Shown: positions 63,949 through 64,000 of the stretch, in pieces
Position numbering within the stretch: the stretch's first letter is position 1
Layout of the letters: each line of letters starts with the position of its first letter
NCBI GenBank assembly: GCA_051362555.1
Contig: CM120643.1
Location: forward strand, 4,154,001-4,218,000
Length of the DNA: 64,000 bases
Source of the DNA: Lingula anatina
Taxonomy: Eukaryota > Animalia > Brachiopoda
Direction: 5' to 3'
Program-made: the position numbers and the translations under genes
Notes under the pieces: generated by a model
The model's database searches: none
What the model was told of the DNA's origin: nothing
Seen by the model: the letters and a program-made list of their open reading frames with translations, nothing else

Positions 63949-64000
63949 TTGTATCCAAACCCACAGTTGTTGATTATGCTGGTCTGCACATTCCGCGCTT

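Overview
AT-rich, intron-containing animal genomic DNA; the repeat families suggest a mollusc or other lophotrochozoan (inference). It is not prokaryotic, and most ORFs in the supplied track are spurious. Two spliced genes could be rebuilt by hand with consistent intron phases. (1) A 4-exon MGAT4C-like GT54 GlcNAc-transferase (+, 16083-19345, about 330 aa) that appears to lack the C-terminal lectin domain. (2) A 15-exon minus-strand gene (49062-44589, about 304 aa) that the ORF track shows only as fragments. It encodes an N-terminal CBM20 starch/glycogen-binding domain, a spacer of eight symmetric phase-1 micro-exons made largely by tandem exon duplication, and a basic amphipathic Cys-containing C-terminus. 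Divergent from it lies a fragmented, intron-retaining LRP2/megalin-like pseudogene (about 51100-60133). That pseudogene is interrupted by a decayed LINE-ORF1-like frame with an unusual RNase H1 hybrid-binding domain + PHD + coiled-coil + RRM/CTD layout. The rest is transposon-derived: hAT and Academ remnants, a 3.3-kb TA-flanked TIR element, a Sola3-like element, Helentron-associated (HINE/pearl-like) elements with a 161-bp satellite, MITEs, LINE fragments, minisatellites and a 1.5-kb dispersed duplication. All family assignments come from motif recognition by eye; no database searches were run.
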